A stretch of DNA of 64,000 nucleotides from Candidatus Latescibacterota bacterium (GCA_965215195.1 CBDCDC010000002.1:768001-832000); one strand, 5' to 3'; counted from the first letter of the stretch, positions 18,457-28,214 are shown. The notes: generated by a model not told the origin, from the sequence alone. A program made the numbers and translations.

Positions 18457-20673
18457 TCACTGTGAATTTCGGTTTTGGCCCTGCTGCTGGCAATATATCT
18501 GCAACTGGCGGAACACCTCGGCCATGGGCACGACCTGCGGCCGCGTGGCGCGCGGAATTTGGCGGCTCCAGCTCAGGACCAAATAGCGCCGGGCGCGGGT
18601 GATGGCCACGTAGAGCAGCCGCAGCCGCTCGGCGATCACCTCGGCGTGGGAGCGATCGGTGGCCGACAGCCGGCTCGACCCGATCTCGCCGATCAGGTCC
18701 AACAGCTCAGCCCGCGCATCTTCGCAGGGATCGCCGCCTAAGAACTCGTATTCGCCCAAAAACCGCGCGTCGAGGTCGTGGGGGAACCAATCGCCATCAA
18801 CTCCCATGACATAGACTAAATCCCACTCCATCCCCTTGGCTTTGTGCATAGTCGTCAGGAAAATCCGCCCGGGCTGGGGTGCCAATGCGTCCTCTGCTTC
18901 GGCCAGCGCACCCGCCCGGCCCTGCACCGCTTCGCTCAGCTCGCGCACCAACTCGGGCAATTGCCATTCTGCGTTTTGGTCGGCGCGCGTACGCACATAG
19001 ACCGCAAGTTGCTGCGCCCGCGCCATATCCCCTTCCTCTACTAGCAGATCTTGGGCGACCGTCATCAGGAGCTGATCTACCGGCAGCGCGACCGCCCGCA
19101 GCCAGCGCCGCAGATAACCACACAGCAGGCCGATGGCTTCCAAATCCTGCGGCTCAATGCGCTCCACCGGGGGCAGGGCCGCTTCCATGCGCTGGCCGGC
19201 CTCCGGGTAGAGCAGTGCTTCGGGCCGATAGCAACTGCGCAGCAGCATGGCCACAGCCTCCTCGCTGCCCGACCCACTCGGCCCGGGCCAAAAGCCGACC
19301 AAGGCGCGGTAGGCCCGCTCCAGCTGGTTGCGCTGCAAAGGGTCGGCGAGAAAATTCAATACCGCGCATAAGGTCTCGCCCACCCGCCGCGCCGAGCGCG
19401 GGCTTTGCAGCACCTCGTCGAAATCCGCTCCGGCTTGGCGCAAGCGCTCGGCCATGTCGTAGCCGATGCGATTGGTCGGCACCAGCACTGCCACTGTCAA
19501 GCGCGGATTGCGCTCGGCAAAGCCCTTGGCCCGGCGCGCGATGCTGTCAAATTCATCGTGGCGGTTGTTGTACTCGCGGAACCCTATGGCGCTGTCGGCG
19601 TCCGCCGGGTTTTGCTGGGGATCGCCGCGCTCGGTGGGCTGCATCCGCTGGGGCCGGAAAGCGCGTTGGCGCACCTCGGCCAGCGGGTGTTCGACCGCGG
19701 CCCACTCGACCAAAAAGTTGGCCAAGTCCATGATCTTCGGGGCGCAGCGGCCGGAGATCGCCATCTCGGCGACCGCGACGTCATCGCGCTCCAAGAAGCG
19801 GCGCAAATAGCGCGGGTCGGCCGCGGTGAAGGTGCTCATAATCGCCTGATTGGGATCGCCGACCCGGATCCAATTGCCGCCCGGCCCCACCAACAGCGCG
19901 ATCAGTTCCTCCTGCAAGGGGACGCTGTCTTGCGCCTCGTCCTCCAAGACGAAGGGCCAACGCCGGCGGTAGCGGCCACACAAATCCGGGTATTGCTGCA
20001 ACATATCTACGGCCATCCACACCAAGTCGTCGAAATCGAGCCCGCCGATGGTCTCAACTTGCTGCTGGTAGAGCCGGTAGATTTCCGCGCCGATCCGCAA
20101 AAACGGGCTGCCGTCCTCCCGGCCGCCGATCCGCGCCAAGAGGTCCTCGGCCCGCAGCCGGCGGTTTTTGGCCGTGGTGATGACCGTGCGGGCGACTTTC
20201 CGCGCAATGTCGCGCCACTCCTGCTCCCACCGCTGATCCACGTATTCCCCAGGCCCCAACCGGCCCCACACCCCCTTGTTGTCATCGTTCCAAGCCCGCA
20301 CCGCCTTGTCGAGCAAACTCTCGCTGGCGCGCTCGTCGAGCACCACAAACTCGGCCGCGGCTCCCACCAGCCCGGGATTGGCTTGGACGATGCCATAGGC
20401 CAAGCTGTGCAAGGTCCGCACGTCGTACCCGACCTGCAGCAGGTCCATCTCTTGCAAGCGCTGGCCGATCCGGGCGCGGACATTATCCACGGCCGCGTTT
20501 TGGTAGGTCACGATCAGCACCTGCCCCCCCTCGGCGCGCCTTTCGGCGATCAGCCGAGTCGCCAAGGCGACAATCGCGGAGGTCTTGCCGCTGCCGGGCA
20601 CGGCCGACACGCCCAGCAGGCCGCCTTGATAGGCCAAGATCTCGCGCTGTCCCGTGCGCGGCTCAAAAATCAA
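18457..20673 (-). CDS. UvrD/Rep-family SF1 DNA helicase (AdnB/AddA-like motor without a nuclease domain)
   Basis: AVPGSGKT, VLEDEAQD, VGDPNQAI, SGRC, TMHKAKGMEWD, RLLYVAITRARR. Probable TTG start at 20673. Confidence 0.92.
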   Translation of the reverse strand: MIFEPRTGQREILAYQGGLLGVSAVPGSGKTSAIVALATRLIAERRAEGGQVLIVTYQNAAVDNVRARIGQRLQEMDLLQVGYDVRTLHSLAYGIVQANPGLVGAAAEFVVLDERASESLLDKAVRAWNDDNKGVWGRLGPGEYVDQRWEQEWRDIARKVARTVITTAKNRRLRAEDLLARIGGREDGSPFLRIGAEIYRLYQQQVETIGGLDFDDLVWMAVDMLQQYPDLCGRYRRRWPFVLEDEAQDSVPLQEELIALLVGPGGNWIRVGDPNQAIMSTFTAADPRYLRRFLERDDVAVAEMAISGRCAPKIMDLANFLVEWAAVEHPLAEVRQRAFRPQRMQPTERGDPQQNPADADSAIGFREYNNRHDEFDSIARRAKGFAERNPRLTVAVLVPTNRIGYDMAERLRQAGADFDEVLQSPRSARRVGETLCAVLNFLADPLQRNQLERAYRALVGFWPGPSGSGSEEAVAMLLRSCYRPEALLYPEAGQRMEAALPPVERIEPQDLEAIGLLCGYLRRWLRAVALPVDQLLMTVAQDLLVEEGDMARAQQLAVYVRTRADQNAEWQLPELVRELSEAVQGRAGALAEAEDALAPQPGRIFLTTMHKAKGMEWDLVYVMGVDGDWFPHDLDARFLGEYEFLGGDPCEDARAELLDLIGEIGSSRLSATDRSHAEVIAERLRLLYVAITRARRYLVLSWSRQIPRATRPQVVPMAEVFRQLQIYCQQQGQNRNSQ

Positions 20674-20680
20674 CGCCAGA

Positions 20681-20788
20681 CTACACACTTTTTCGTTTTC
20701 TGTATTTCCTGAATACTCCATAAACAGCCAGAAGTAGAATACTGACAGCAATCAGTGGATTTTCTGGATCACCTAGCCCGAACAACAT
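20681..20788 (-). CDS. 35-aa single-TM small protein
   Basis: Manual translation MLFGLGDPENPLIAVSILLLAVYGVFRKYRKRKSV*, with GAGGAAG 5 nt upstream of the ATG. Confidence 0.55.
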   Translation of the reverse strand: MLFGLGDPENPLIAVSILLLAVYGVFRKYRKRKSV

Positions 20789-21240
20789 AAGAGCTTCCTC
20801 GACAACTGGATACACCTTACTCTTATCTTGCTCGTAAGGAAATTCTGTGTTTAATGGCTAACTCGTCACGTGGGGGGCCCAGCAGTTGAAAGCGGATGCT
20901 TGGGAAATATGGAACTGGCGCACTTTATTTATAATGTCGCGCTCGTATGGCCTCTAGGGTCTTTTGCGCTGCAACTCGATTGCTATACGTACCATTTCTT
21001 GGGTGTCTATATTCATCCTGCGCGGCTATCGTCTCCAATAAGGGCATGACCGACTCGTCTCCAAAAACTTCCAACGCCCGCAAAGCACCCCGTCTAACGA
21101 CGCCATTCTCATCCCCTAAGCTTTCAGTAAGACGAGTGCGTATTAAACTCAACTCCTGCTGCGTGAAGAAATCTGGCGCCTCCTCGGCCAGATTTCTCAA
21201 GTTCTGCATGGCTCCTGTCCTTCTACTAACATCGCTACTA

Positions 21241-22125
21241 ACCAATGGTGCTAGTGGGCTACAAGCTAAATTCCGCGATGGACAAGCGGACGAATCCATT
21301 TTCATCGGGTTGCAACCCGTGCCACTGAACCAGCAGGTTGAAGGTGGCCATGGCAAAGCTCAGATGCGCTCTAAAGTAGGCCCAGGCTCGATGGGTCTGT
21401 CGCTTGAAGTGCCCGATGCGGGTCAGCATGGAAAAGACGGTCTCGATGACCATACGCTCGCCCCACGTTTTGCGGGGACACACTTTCAGATTGGCCGGAT
21501 CACCGGCTTTGGCATGAAAGCCTTGGTCGCTGAGGAGGATCATCTGCTCTTCGTAGCGGCCAATCATCGGGTGAAAGACCGTATCGTGGACATTGGCGGT
21601 ATTACAATCCCAATCGACGATCAAGCCCCATTGGTTGACGATCAAGCCCAGCTTGCCGCCGACGATCCAGCGGTGATTGGACCGCCCTTTCCGGCCGATA
21701 GGGTGAGCGGAGCGGCCTTCGCGTACTGGATGGATCAACTCGATGCCATAGCTATCGATCACGCCTAAAGGGGTGGGGTCCGCTCGAAAGCGATCGGTCC
21801 AGTCCGCATGGGCGGCAAACAGGCGGAACAAGCGGGTGCGCTCGGGCAGGCGCGGAAAAAAGGCGCGCCAATCGCGCGCTACCCAGCGATAAAACGCCCG
21901 TTTGCCGCCCCCTTTGAGCGCATACAGAACCGCCAAGGTCACCGTTTCGCTGGGATATAAGGCGGCTTGGGGGTGTTTGGGCACATCGCCCATCTGGTGG
22001 TCGATTCGACAGAACAGGGCTATTATAAACTCGGCCGTGGTCATGGGACGCTCCTTCGCTGAAAGGGGGGATACCCTCAGCGTAGGAACTACCTTGACCA
22101 CGGTCAACTCACTAGCACCATTGGT
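21241..22125 (-). mobile_element. IS982-family insertion sequence (885 bp)
   Basis: Perfect 16-bp TIRs ACCAATGGTGCTAGTG (21241-21256 and 22110-22125), 5'-AC ends, 5-bp target duplication TACTA (21236-21240 and 22126-22130). Confidence 0.9.
21259..22044 (-). CDS. IS982-family DDE transposase
   Basis: FFPRLPERTRLFR, VIDSYGI, GGKLGLIVN..G, ANVHD, LSDQGF, RMVIETVFS. Confidence 0.87.
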   Translation of the reverse strand: MTTAEFIIALFCRIDHQMGDVPKHPQAALYPSETVTLAVLYALKGGGKRAFYRWVARDWRAFFPRLPERTRLFRLFAAHADWTDRFRADPTPLGVIDSYGIELIHPVREGRSAHPIGRKGRSNHRWIVGGKLGLIVNQWGLIVDWDCNTANVHDTVFHPMIGRYEEQMILLSDQGFHAKAGDPANLKVCPRKTWGERMVIETVFSMLTRIGHFKRQTHRAWAYFRAHLSFAMATFNLLVQWHGLQPDENGFVRLSIAEFSL

Positions 22126-22486
22126 TACTAAGGGATAGAGAATCTACAAGAGCCGGTACAATAGAATGACCAATCACTAAAAACCCCTTCCACATATTAG
22201 GACTGTATTTCACCCCTTCAAGAAGGATATCCTTGCTACGCATATCACCTATCCTATTCAGCAATCCAAGCAGAGACAAGCCTCCTTCTCCATCGCCTTC
22301 CGTTCTCTGATCTGGAGGTATGGCTCGATTTTTTCTGTATCGATAGATTAAAGCCGGAACCGCATCCCGCACCGCATCTCGACCCTTGAGCGTTAACAAT
22401 CGACTAACGTTCATTTCCATCCTTGAAGAAGAGTAGGGATCTGCATGCATAATAATCAGTGCATCTTCCTCAGAAAACACCCAAGC

Positions 22487-22597
22487 CTCCAACTCCGATG
22501 TCGTCAGCCGCAGTCGCCCTACAGGGTAGGAGTCTATACGACAGAGAGGGATTGGAGAGGGCTCCAATTCCGATGTCGTCAGCCGCTCTCGCCCTAC
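22487..22597. repeat. Imperfect 36-bp direct repeat, period 75 bp, in frame within the TPR/HEAT gene
   Basis: CTCCAACTCCGATGTCGTCAGCCGCAGTCGCCCTAC (22487-22522) versus CTCCAATTCCGATGTCGTCAGCCGCTCTCGCCCTAC (22562-22597). Confidence 0.8.
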
Positions 22598-23211
22598 TAC
22601 CTGGACAATAATGTCCCTAAACACGCTTCTTCTATAAAAGAGTTTTCCCAAATTCTTAACAGTGCGTTTATCATTTTCATCGGTGCTATTGAGTAGGTTT
22701 TTATAAATTATTGCCGCCTCTCTATACTTCCCTTGCCCGATCAACTCGTCCACTTCCTCAACGGTAGCCCAAGAGCCTTCGTTTACAGGAAGCGTTTTAA
22801 GCCGTCTTTTTGCATATATGGCCCAGTGGCTATTCGGATGGTCTGTAAGAAGCTTATTATAAAAACTCCTCGCTCCAGCATAATCACCTAGTGCTCTCCG
22901 CTGGCCGGCCATGCTATAGTAAATTTTATCTATATATTCGCTTTCAGGATAGCGCTCTAATACCTTTTGATAGTATTCGAGTGCCTTCTCATGATAGCTT
23001 TGATTGGCGTATGTATCCCCTATGCCCATCAGTAACCACGAATCCTCACTTTGACTTAGCCTAGTCTCGTATATCTTTTCATCTTGGGCATAAAGCATGA
23101 GAGGCGCGAGTACAACAATAATAGTTGGCAAACCGATTTTGATTTTCATCTTTTACCTCCAATAATTCTTACATAAAAAGATTCAAAAATTTGCCAAAAT
23201 CGCTCAGCCAA

Positions 23212-25278
23212 TTATTCCTGCAAAACCTGCTGCACCGCCATCATCAGCGGCCCGTCCTGGGCCGAGCCGCGGCCTTCCGAGTCGCTGGCGCAGAGGTAAA
23301 TCCCGTCGCGGCAGCGCAGGCACAGGCCCCGCACCAAGCGGTAGAGGTTGCGGTTGCGGATCGAGTAATCCACGGCGTCGGTCCAGCGGTCCTCCGGGTT
23401 CCAGCGCCGGGTCAGCACGTAGTGGTTGGTCAAGGGCTGGTGCAACGGCTCCCACCAGTTGGCCGAGCCAATGTCCAGCCAGAACTGGTAGCGCGCCACG
23501 TGGCCCGAAAGCAAGTAGGTATAGACCGGCGCGACGAGGGCAATGGACTCTGGGGCCTCGTCGAGATCCACATCGGTCAGGTATTGGGCGGCCACGACCC
23601 CAGCCCCTATCATCTCGACGTAGCGCTGGCCAATGGCCGCGCCCTCTAGCGCCATAGCCGGGGCGACCTCGCGGAACGAGGCGGCCGAGGCGATCAGCTT
23701 GCTGTACACTTCGGCGTCTTCGGGCTCCAGCGCGGCATGCGACAGCACCTCCCCGAAGAGCCGGCGCAAAAAGTGATCCCACGGGTCGGCCGCGCCGCTG
23801 CGATACGCCTCAATCCAAGCGCGTAGAGCCTCGTAGCGGGCGAGCGCGGCCCGGCCTAATCGCTCGCCCATAGCAGCATTTAACGCGCTCGCAGGGTTGA
23901 GCTGGCCTGAGCGCGGGTCGTACAAGTGCCGCGCCATCAACTCGGCCCGCAGCCGATCGAGCGGCTTGAGCGCCCGCTCCAACGCCCCGGACAAATCGAA
24001 CAGCGACAGCCGCTGTCCCCAATCCGGGTGGGCGAGAATGGCCAGCGCCAGACAGGCGCGCACCACCGGCTCTTCGCGCAAGGTCTCGTAGCGCCGCACC
24101 ACCGCAAAGGGAATGTCGGCCGCGCGAAAGGTCTCAGACAAAAGGAAGCGCAACACCCCGTCGGCGTGCGGGGCCACGACCGCGATTTCGCCCGGGGCCA
24201 CGCCCTCGGCGATCTTGTGGACGATCCGCTGGGCCACGGCCTCGATCATCTGCCCGCGGTAGCGGGTCTGCACCACATCCGCCACGGCCAGCCGCGGCGA
24301 CCCGCCCGAGACTCCGCCGGTCATCTGGCCCAACTGCACGCCAATGCGGTCGGCAAAGGCCACCATGTCCCGGGAGGCACACGCCTCCGGCACCACGGTG
24401 ATCGTCTCCTTGCACTGCTGCTGTAGCTCGGTGGCACCGGGCGCATCAACGCCCAAAAAGATGCGGAAGCCGGCTTGCGCGTCCCCACCCAACAGGGCCG
24501 AGTCGCACCGCGGCAAGAGCCGCTTCACCAGATCGCCGCCCGCCGGCACCAGTTCCTCGGCCGAGTCGATCAAGAGGTGGCGATAGCGCTCGGTGAAGTA
24601 GCGCCAGAACGCCTCTTGCGCGATCAGGTGGCGGTTGCACACCTCAAAGACCAGCGACGCGTCGAGCAACCCGTGCCGCAGGCAGTGGCTGCGGTAGCGT
24701 TCAATGCACGTCTGCACCTGCTCGTACACGCGCAGGCGCTGCTCTTCCCCGGCCCAAGCGCGACTCAGGCGCGGCCCCACCTCGGCGAGCGCGAAATCCG
24801 CTACGGCCGCCTTGTTCAAATTGTCGAGCAGTTGGGAGAGGATGCGTTGGGGCCGCAGGTACAGGCCCTCGAAATAGCCCTCGGCGAGCAGCGGCTCAAC
24901 CACCTGCCCCATCAGGTATTGGGCGGCCTCGTAGTTGAGGAAAACCGGCGGCCGCGCCGGCGCAGCAAAGCCGGCCTTGCCAGCCACCAGCGGCCAAAAC
25001 AGCCGCACCAACCGAGCCGCCAGCCCGTAGTACGTCTGTAGATCTACAGAGCTGTACGGACCTAGGTCGAGCCGATCTACTGCTTGGCGAAAGCGCCGCG
25101 CGGTCGCCCGGTCGGGCAACAGCACCAAGATCGCGTACCCGGGCACCCCAGCTGAGAGCAAAACCCGCAGCCGCTCAATTAGGGCCTGCCGCTGCCCGGC
25201 TACGAGCGGCCCGGCGAGAAAGCACGAGTGCCGCCCGAATGAGGGGGCGTGTACCGCCCTAGCGAATGCTGGAACCAT
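23212..25278 (-). CDS. Inactive SF1 helicase-like protein (AdnA/AddB-like scaffold, no nuclease domain)
   Basis: Degenerate Walker A (FLAGPLVAGQRQ), ILVLLP, degenerate Walker B (LLIDSAEE), GVAPGEIAVVAP, C-terminal LVRGLCLRCRDGIYL mimicking motif VI. Confidence 0.72.
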   Translation of the reverse strand: MVPAFARAVHAPSFGRHSCFLAGPLVAGQRQALIERLRVLLSAGVPGYAILVLLPDRATARRFRQAVDRLDLGPYSSVDLQTYYGLAARLVRLFWPLVAGKAGFAAPARPPVFLNYEAAQYLMGQVVEPLLAEGYFEGLYLRPQRILSQLLDNLNKAAVADFALAEVGPRLSRAWAGEEQRLRVYEQVQTCIERYRSHCLRHGLLDASLVFEVCNRHLIAQEAFWRYFTERYRHLLIDSAEELVPAGGDLVKRLLPRCDSALLGGDAQAGFRIFLGVDAPGATELQQQCKETITVVPEACASRDMVAFADRIGVQLGQMTGGVSGGSPRLAVADVVQTRYRGQMIEAVAQRIVHKIAEGVAPGEIAVVAPHADGVLRFLLSETFRAADIPFAVVRRYETLREEPVVRACLALAILAHPDWGQRLSLFDLSGALERALKPLDRLRAELMARHLYDPRSGQLNPASALNAAMGERLGRAALARYEALRAWIEAYRSGAADPWDHFLRRLFGEVLSHAALEPEDAEVYSKLIASAASFREVAPAMALEGAAIGQRYVEMIGAGVVAAQYLTDVDLDEAPESIALVAPVYTYLLSGHVARYQFWLDIGSANWWEPLHQPLTNHYVLTRRWNPEDRWTDAVDYSIRNRNLYRLVRGLCLRCRDGIYLCASDSEGRGSAQDGPLMMAVQQVLQE

Positions 25279-25293
25279 GGTTTTGCGCTGCGC

Positions 25294-25758
25294 TCAGCCC
25301 GGGGGTGGGTTGCGCGTAAAAATATCGACGACCTCAGTCGCATCTCCCGCTTGCAACAAGCGCTGGCGCACTGCCTCTTGCTGCAAGCGCTGCGACAGGG
25401 CCGCCAGCAGCGCCATGTGCTGTTTTTGGTGTTTGCGCGGCGTGACCAGCAGCGCGACGATGTGGACGGGCTGGCCATCGGGCGCGCCAAAGTCAATGCC
25501 GGCCTGCGAGATGCCGATGGCCAAGAGCTGGCGCTGGATCCCATCCTCGTGCGCGTGGGGCACGGCCACGCCCTTGCCAATGCCCGTGGAGGCCTGTTTT
25601 TCGCGCTGAATCAAGGCCGCCAGCAGGTGCTTCTGGTCGAGCACGACCTCGTCTTGCCACAGCGCGGCGACCAATTCGCGGATGGCGTCGAAGTTGCGCT
25701 GCGCCGCTAAGTTTAGGACGACCTTATGCGGATTGAGTATGCGTCTTAACTTTTCCAT
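25294..25758 (-). CDS. PTS EIIA domain protein (PtsN/Fru-type)
   Basis: REKQASTGIGKGVAVPHA (phospho-His), GIDFGAPDGQPVHI. Confidence 0.9.
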   Translation of the reverse strand: MEKLRRILNPHKVVLNLAAQRNFDAIRELVAALWQDEVVLDQKHLLAALIQREKQASTGIGKGVAVPHAHEDGIQRQLLAIGISQAGIDFGAPDGQPVHIVALLVTPRKHQKQHMALLAALSQRLQQEAVRQRLLQAGDATEVVDIFTRNPPPG

Positions 25759-26708
25759 GGCAGCAACCGCAGTTTGTGGTAGAACAATTCCTCGGTGAAC
25801 CGGCCCCACCCTTCCTCGGTATGCAAGACTTCAAACAGATCGAAATCCACTATCCTCATGTCGTTCAATTCTGCCCGCATGGCATCCGTGACCACACCTA
25901 GTATCGCAATGTTCTCCGTCCGGGCAGGGGTTTGATCAAAGCTCTTCTTAATGGCCCCCAACCGTTCCAAGGCACCAGCCGGGTCGATTCCGCCCTTTAT
26001 CTCAATGGTCACTACTGGGGTCCAAGCCCGCGTCTGCTCGTCGTATTTTTCAAACACAATATCAGGCTCAGACCCGTAGGCCATGCGGACGGTTTTTTCC
26101 GCGCCCAACACGAACCATTGGCCTTGTTGTTCACGGGAAATTTCCACGTCCGCAATCCATTGAGACAACTTGTCGCGAATCGCCTGCTCTGCTTCTCGAC
26201 CGATGATGTTGCGCACCTTCCCGTCCAAACGAATGCCAATGGTCGCCAAGATGTTGCGGTAGCCGTTTTCCAGCGTCCACGCATCTGTTCCTTCGATAAT
26301 GGAAGAAATTACCGCATTGTAGAGCCGTGCGACCTTGAGGATCGCATTTGGTTGCGGAGCTCGCCGTTTCTTTGCTGTCGGGTTTTCCCACGTATCCACA
26401 TCTGTCGCAATGTCCCTGACCCGTTTCAAGGATAACGTGGCAATCCCCCGATAATAGAGCGAGGCTTGGGGATGTTGCCGCAGTAATTCAGGATGGGCAA
26501 ATACCATTTTAGGTTCGACTGTTAACCGCTGGACGCAGGCCCACGCTTTATCCGAGATTGCGAGTTCTTGCAGTCCATATCCCCGGTAATCCAGTTCGCC
26601 AGTAAACTCCTCGACCAACGCACGGACGCGCACGTCGTCGCGGCGTTTGATGGCTTTCGTCAAGAGCAAAGCCCGGGCTTGGGCACCGCTAAGTTGTGCG
26701 TCAACCAT
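25746..26708 (-). CDS. Type II restriction endonuclease, XcyI/BsoBI-like
   Basis: YYRGIA, GKVRNIIG, YGSEPDIVF, IEIKGGIDPAGALERLG; overlaps the methyltransferase gene. Confidence 0.75.
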   Translation of the reverse strand: MVDAQLSGAQARALLLTKAIKRRDDVRVRALVEEFTGELDYRGYGLQELAISDKAWACVQRLTVEPKMVFAHPELLRQHPQASLYYRGIATLSLKRVRDIATDVDTWENPTAKKRRAPQPNAILKVARLYNAVISSIIEGTDAWTLENGYRNILATIGIRLDGKVRNIIGREAEQAIRDKLSQWIADVEISREQQGQWFVLGAEKTVRMAYGSEPDIVFEKYDEQTRAWTPVVTIEIKGGIDPAGALERLGAIKKSFDQTPARTENIAILGVVTDAMRAELNDMRIVDFDLFEVLHTEEGWGRFTEELFYHKLRLLPWKS

Positions 26709-28095
26709 CGACCTTGATCCATTGATACACGCACTTCCGAATCTCGCGCCGACCGAATTTGCCCATCTGCTGGCTGGAATTTCCCTTGCCTCGCTGCAAC
26801 ATCCATATTGCGGCGCAGCGGAACCCGGTCTGTTCGGCGAAGTCGGACAAGATCAGATCCACGGGCACTTCTTCCCCGTGATAGCGCACATTGTCGTTGA
26901 CCATAAACACGCTGCCCCCTGACCGCACGACGCGCCCAAGCTCCTGCACGACGACAGCCATTTCAGTGAAATAATTTTCCAACAGAGAAATCACATTCCG
27001 ATTGCTTAGTTCGGCCGCGCAATCCCGCAATACGGAGAGGACCTCTTGCAATGCGGCCTGTTCGTCAACCATCCGCAAGGTGTTGCGATAAGCGGTGCCG
27101 AAGGTGGCGCGTTTAGAGCGGTTCTCTACGGTTGCCGACAACAGCGCTTGTCGCAACGCCTTGAGCTGGGCGTCGTCGTAGTTGAGATAGACGAGTTCGA
27201 GCGCATACGTCCGCGTGTAATCGTAGCGATTCGCATACGGAGGCGAGGTGACGACGCAATCAAAAGCTCCCTCGCGCAGCTTCTTTAATTCCGTCAAGCT
27301 GGAGCTGGTGATGAACGTCGGGGCCGGGCCTGCATACCGCTCTTTCAGCGGGGCAAAATCCTGCGCCATCTGCTGCAACCGGGCTGCGAGAGCCGTTGCA
27401 AAAGACGGCAGTGGTCCCTTGTCCAGCTTGGTAGAAACGGTTCGCCCCGAGCGCGGGTCCCAGCGCAAAAACTGGCCGTCCTTGCGGGTGTAGCTAACCT
27501 CTTCTAGCACACTCAAACAGGCGACGTTCAGCATCGCCGCAAGAGCCGGTTCAGTCATCTGGGCAATGAATTTCCGCGCCTTTGCAATCTCGCGTCCCGT
27601 GCCCGCGGGAAAAGCTCCTTTTGTAATGGCAGCGTGTTTGAGCGCGTACTCGTCGGCGCGGTCCCGCTCGGCAATAGCGTCCAGCAAGGCTTGCGCGGCG
27701 GCGCGGAACGCGCGCACCGGCAACCCGTTTGCAGCGTCCGCTACGGCTTGCGCGGCCATGTTTCCGAGAGGCAAAATCTCTATGCCCGTTCCCGGCACCC
27801 CCATGCCCATCGCCGTCAGCACCGTCGTTCCAGCTCCTGAAAACGGGTCCAACACCTGCGTCCCTTTCCCGGCCTCAATGAGCTGCCGGACGAGCGCAGT
27901 GGAGAACCCCTCTTTGTATTTCATCCAGCGAAAGCCGACAGCCCCCTTATTGCCCTGATAGGACACCAACTGGCGGGTCAGGTACGGGTTCACCTGTATC
28001 CGGCTTGCAAATCGCTGATGCAGGTCCGCACGATCTGGGCCGCTGTGGGGCATACGCGGAGCGGACGTCACTTCATCATGGAATAAGGTCTGCAT
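26701..28095 (-). CDS. N4-cytosine DNA methyltransferase (alpha motif order, AvaI/BsoBI-like)
   Basis: WMKYKEGFS, VLDPFSGAGTT, VTSPPYANRYDY, RGKGNSSQQMG. Confidence 0.9.
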   Translation of the reverse strand: MQTLFHDEVTSAPRMPHSGPDRADLHQRFASRIQVNPYLTRQLVSYQGNKGAVGFRWMKYKEGFSTALVRQLIEAGKGTQVLDPFSGAGTTVLTAMGMGVPGTGIEILPLGNMAAQAVADAANGLPVRAFRAAAQALLDAIAERDRADEYALKHAAITKGAFPAGTGREIAKARKFIAQMTEPALAAMLNVACLSVLEEVSYTRKDGQFLRWDPRSGRTVSTKLDKGPLPSFATALAARLQQMAQDFAPLKERYAGPAPTFITSSSLTELKKLREGAFDCVVTSPPYANRYDYTRTYALELVYLNYDDAQLKALRQALLSATVENRSKRATFGTAYRNTLRMVDEQAALQEVLSVLRDCAAELSNRNVISLLENYFTEMAVVVQELGRVVRSGGSVFMVNDNVRYHGEEVPVDLILSDFAEQTGFRCAAIWMLQRGKGNSSQQMGKFGRREIRKCVYQWIKVDG

Positions 28096-28214
28096 ACCCA
28101 ATCGCCGCGTTAGGTCCCTCGTTATTCAATAATGCAAACACACTATTGATCTGGGGAAAAAACCCTGCACTCCTGCTCCAATTAGCCAGAACAAGGACGG
28201 ACCATGCACCCAAG

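Larger units (their letters stand above)
20925..23149 (-). pseudogene. Secreted TPR + HEAT-repeat protein gene interrupted by IS982
   Basis: Removing the IS and one TACTA copy restores the frame ...ALVDSLSLSSDVSRRTGAMQNLRNL... N-terminal signal and TPR (YQKVLERYPES), C-terminal HEAT (VRRGALRALEVFGD). Visibly AT-rich. Confidence 0.88.

Noticed and set aside
19405-20712. Long antisense ORFs (also 14963..16411, 46205..47245 and similar)
   Set aside because: They lie opposite well-supported genes, as expected from GC-rich codon bias, and show no recognisable motifs.
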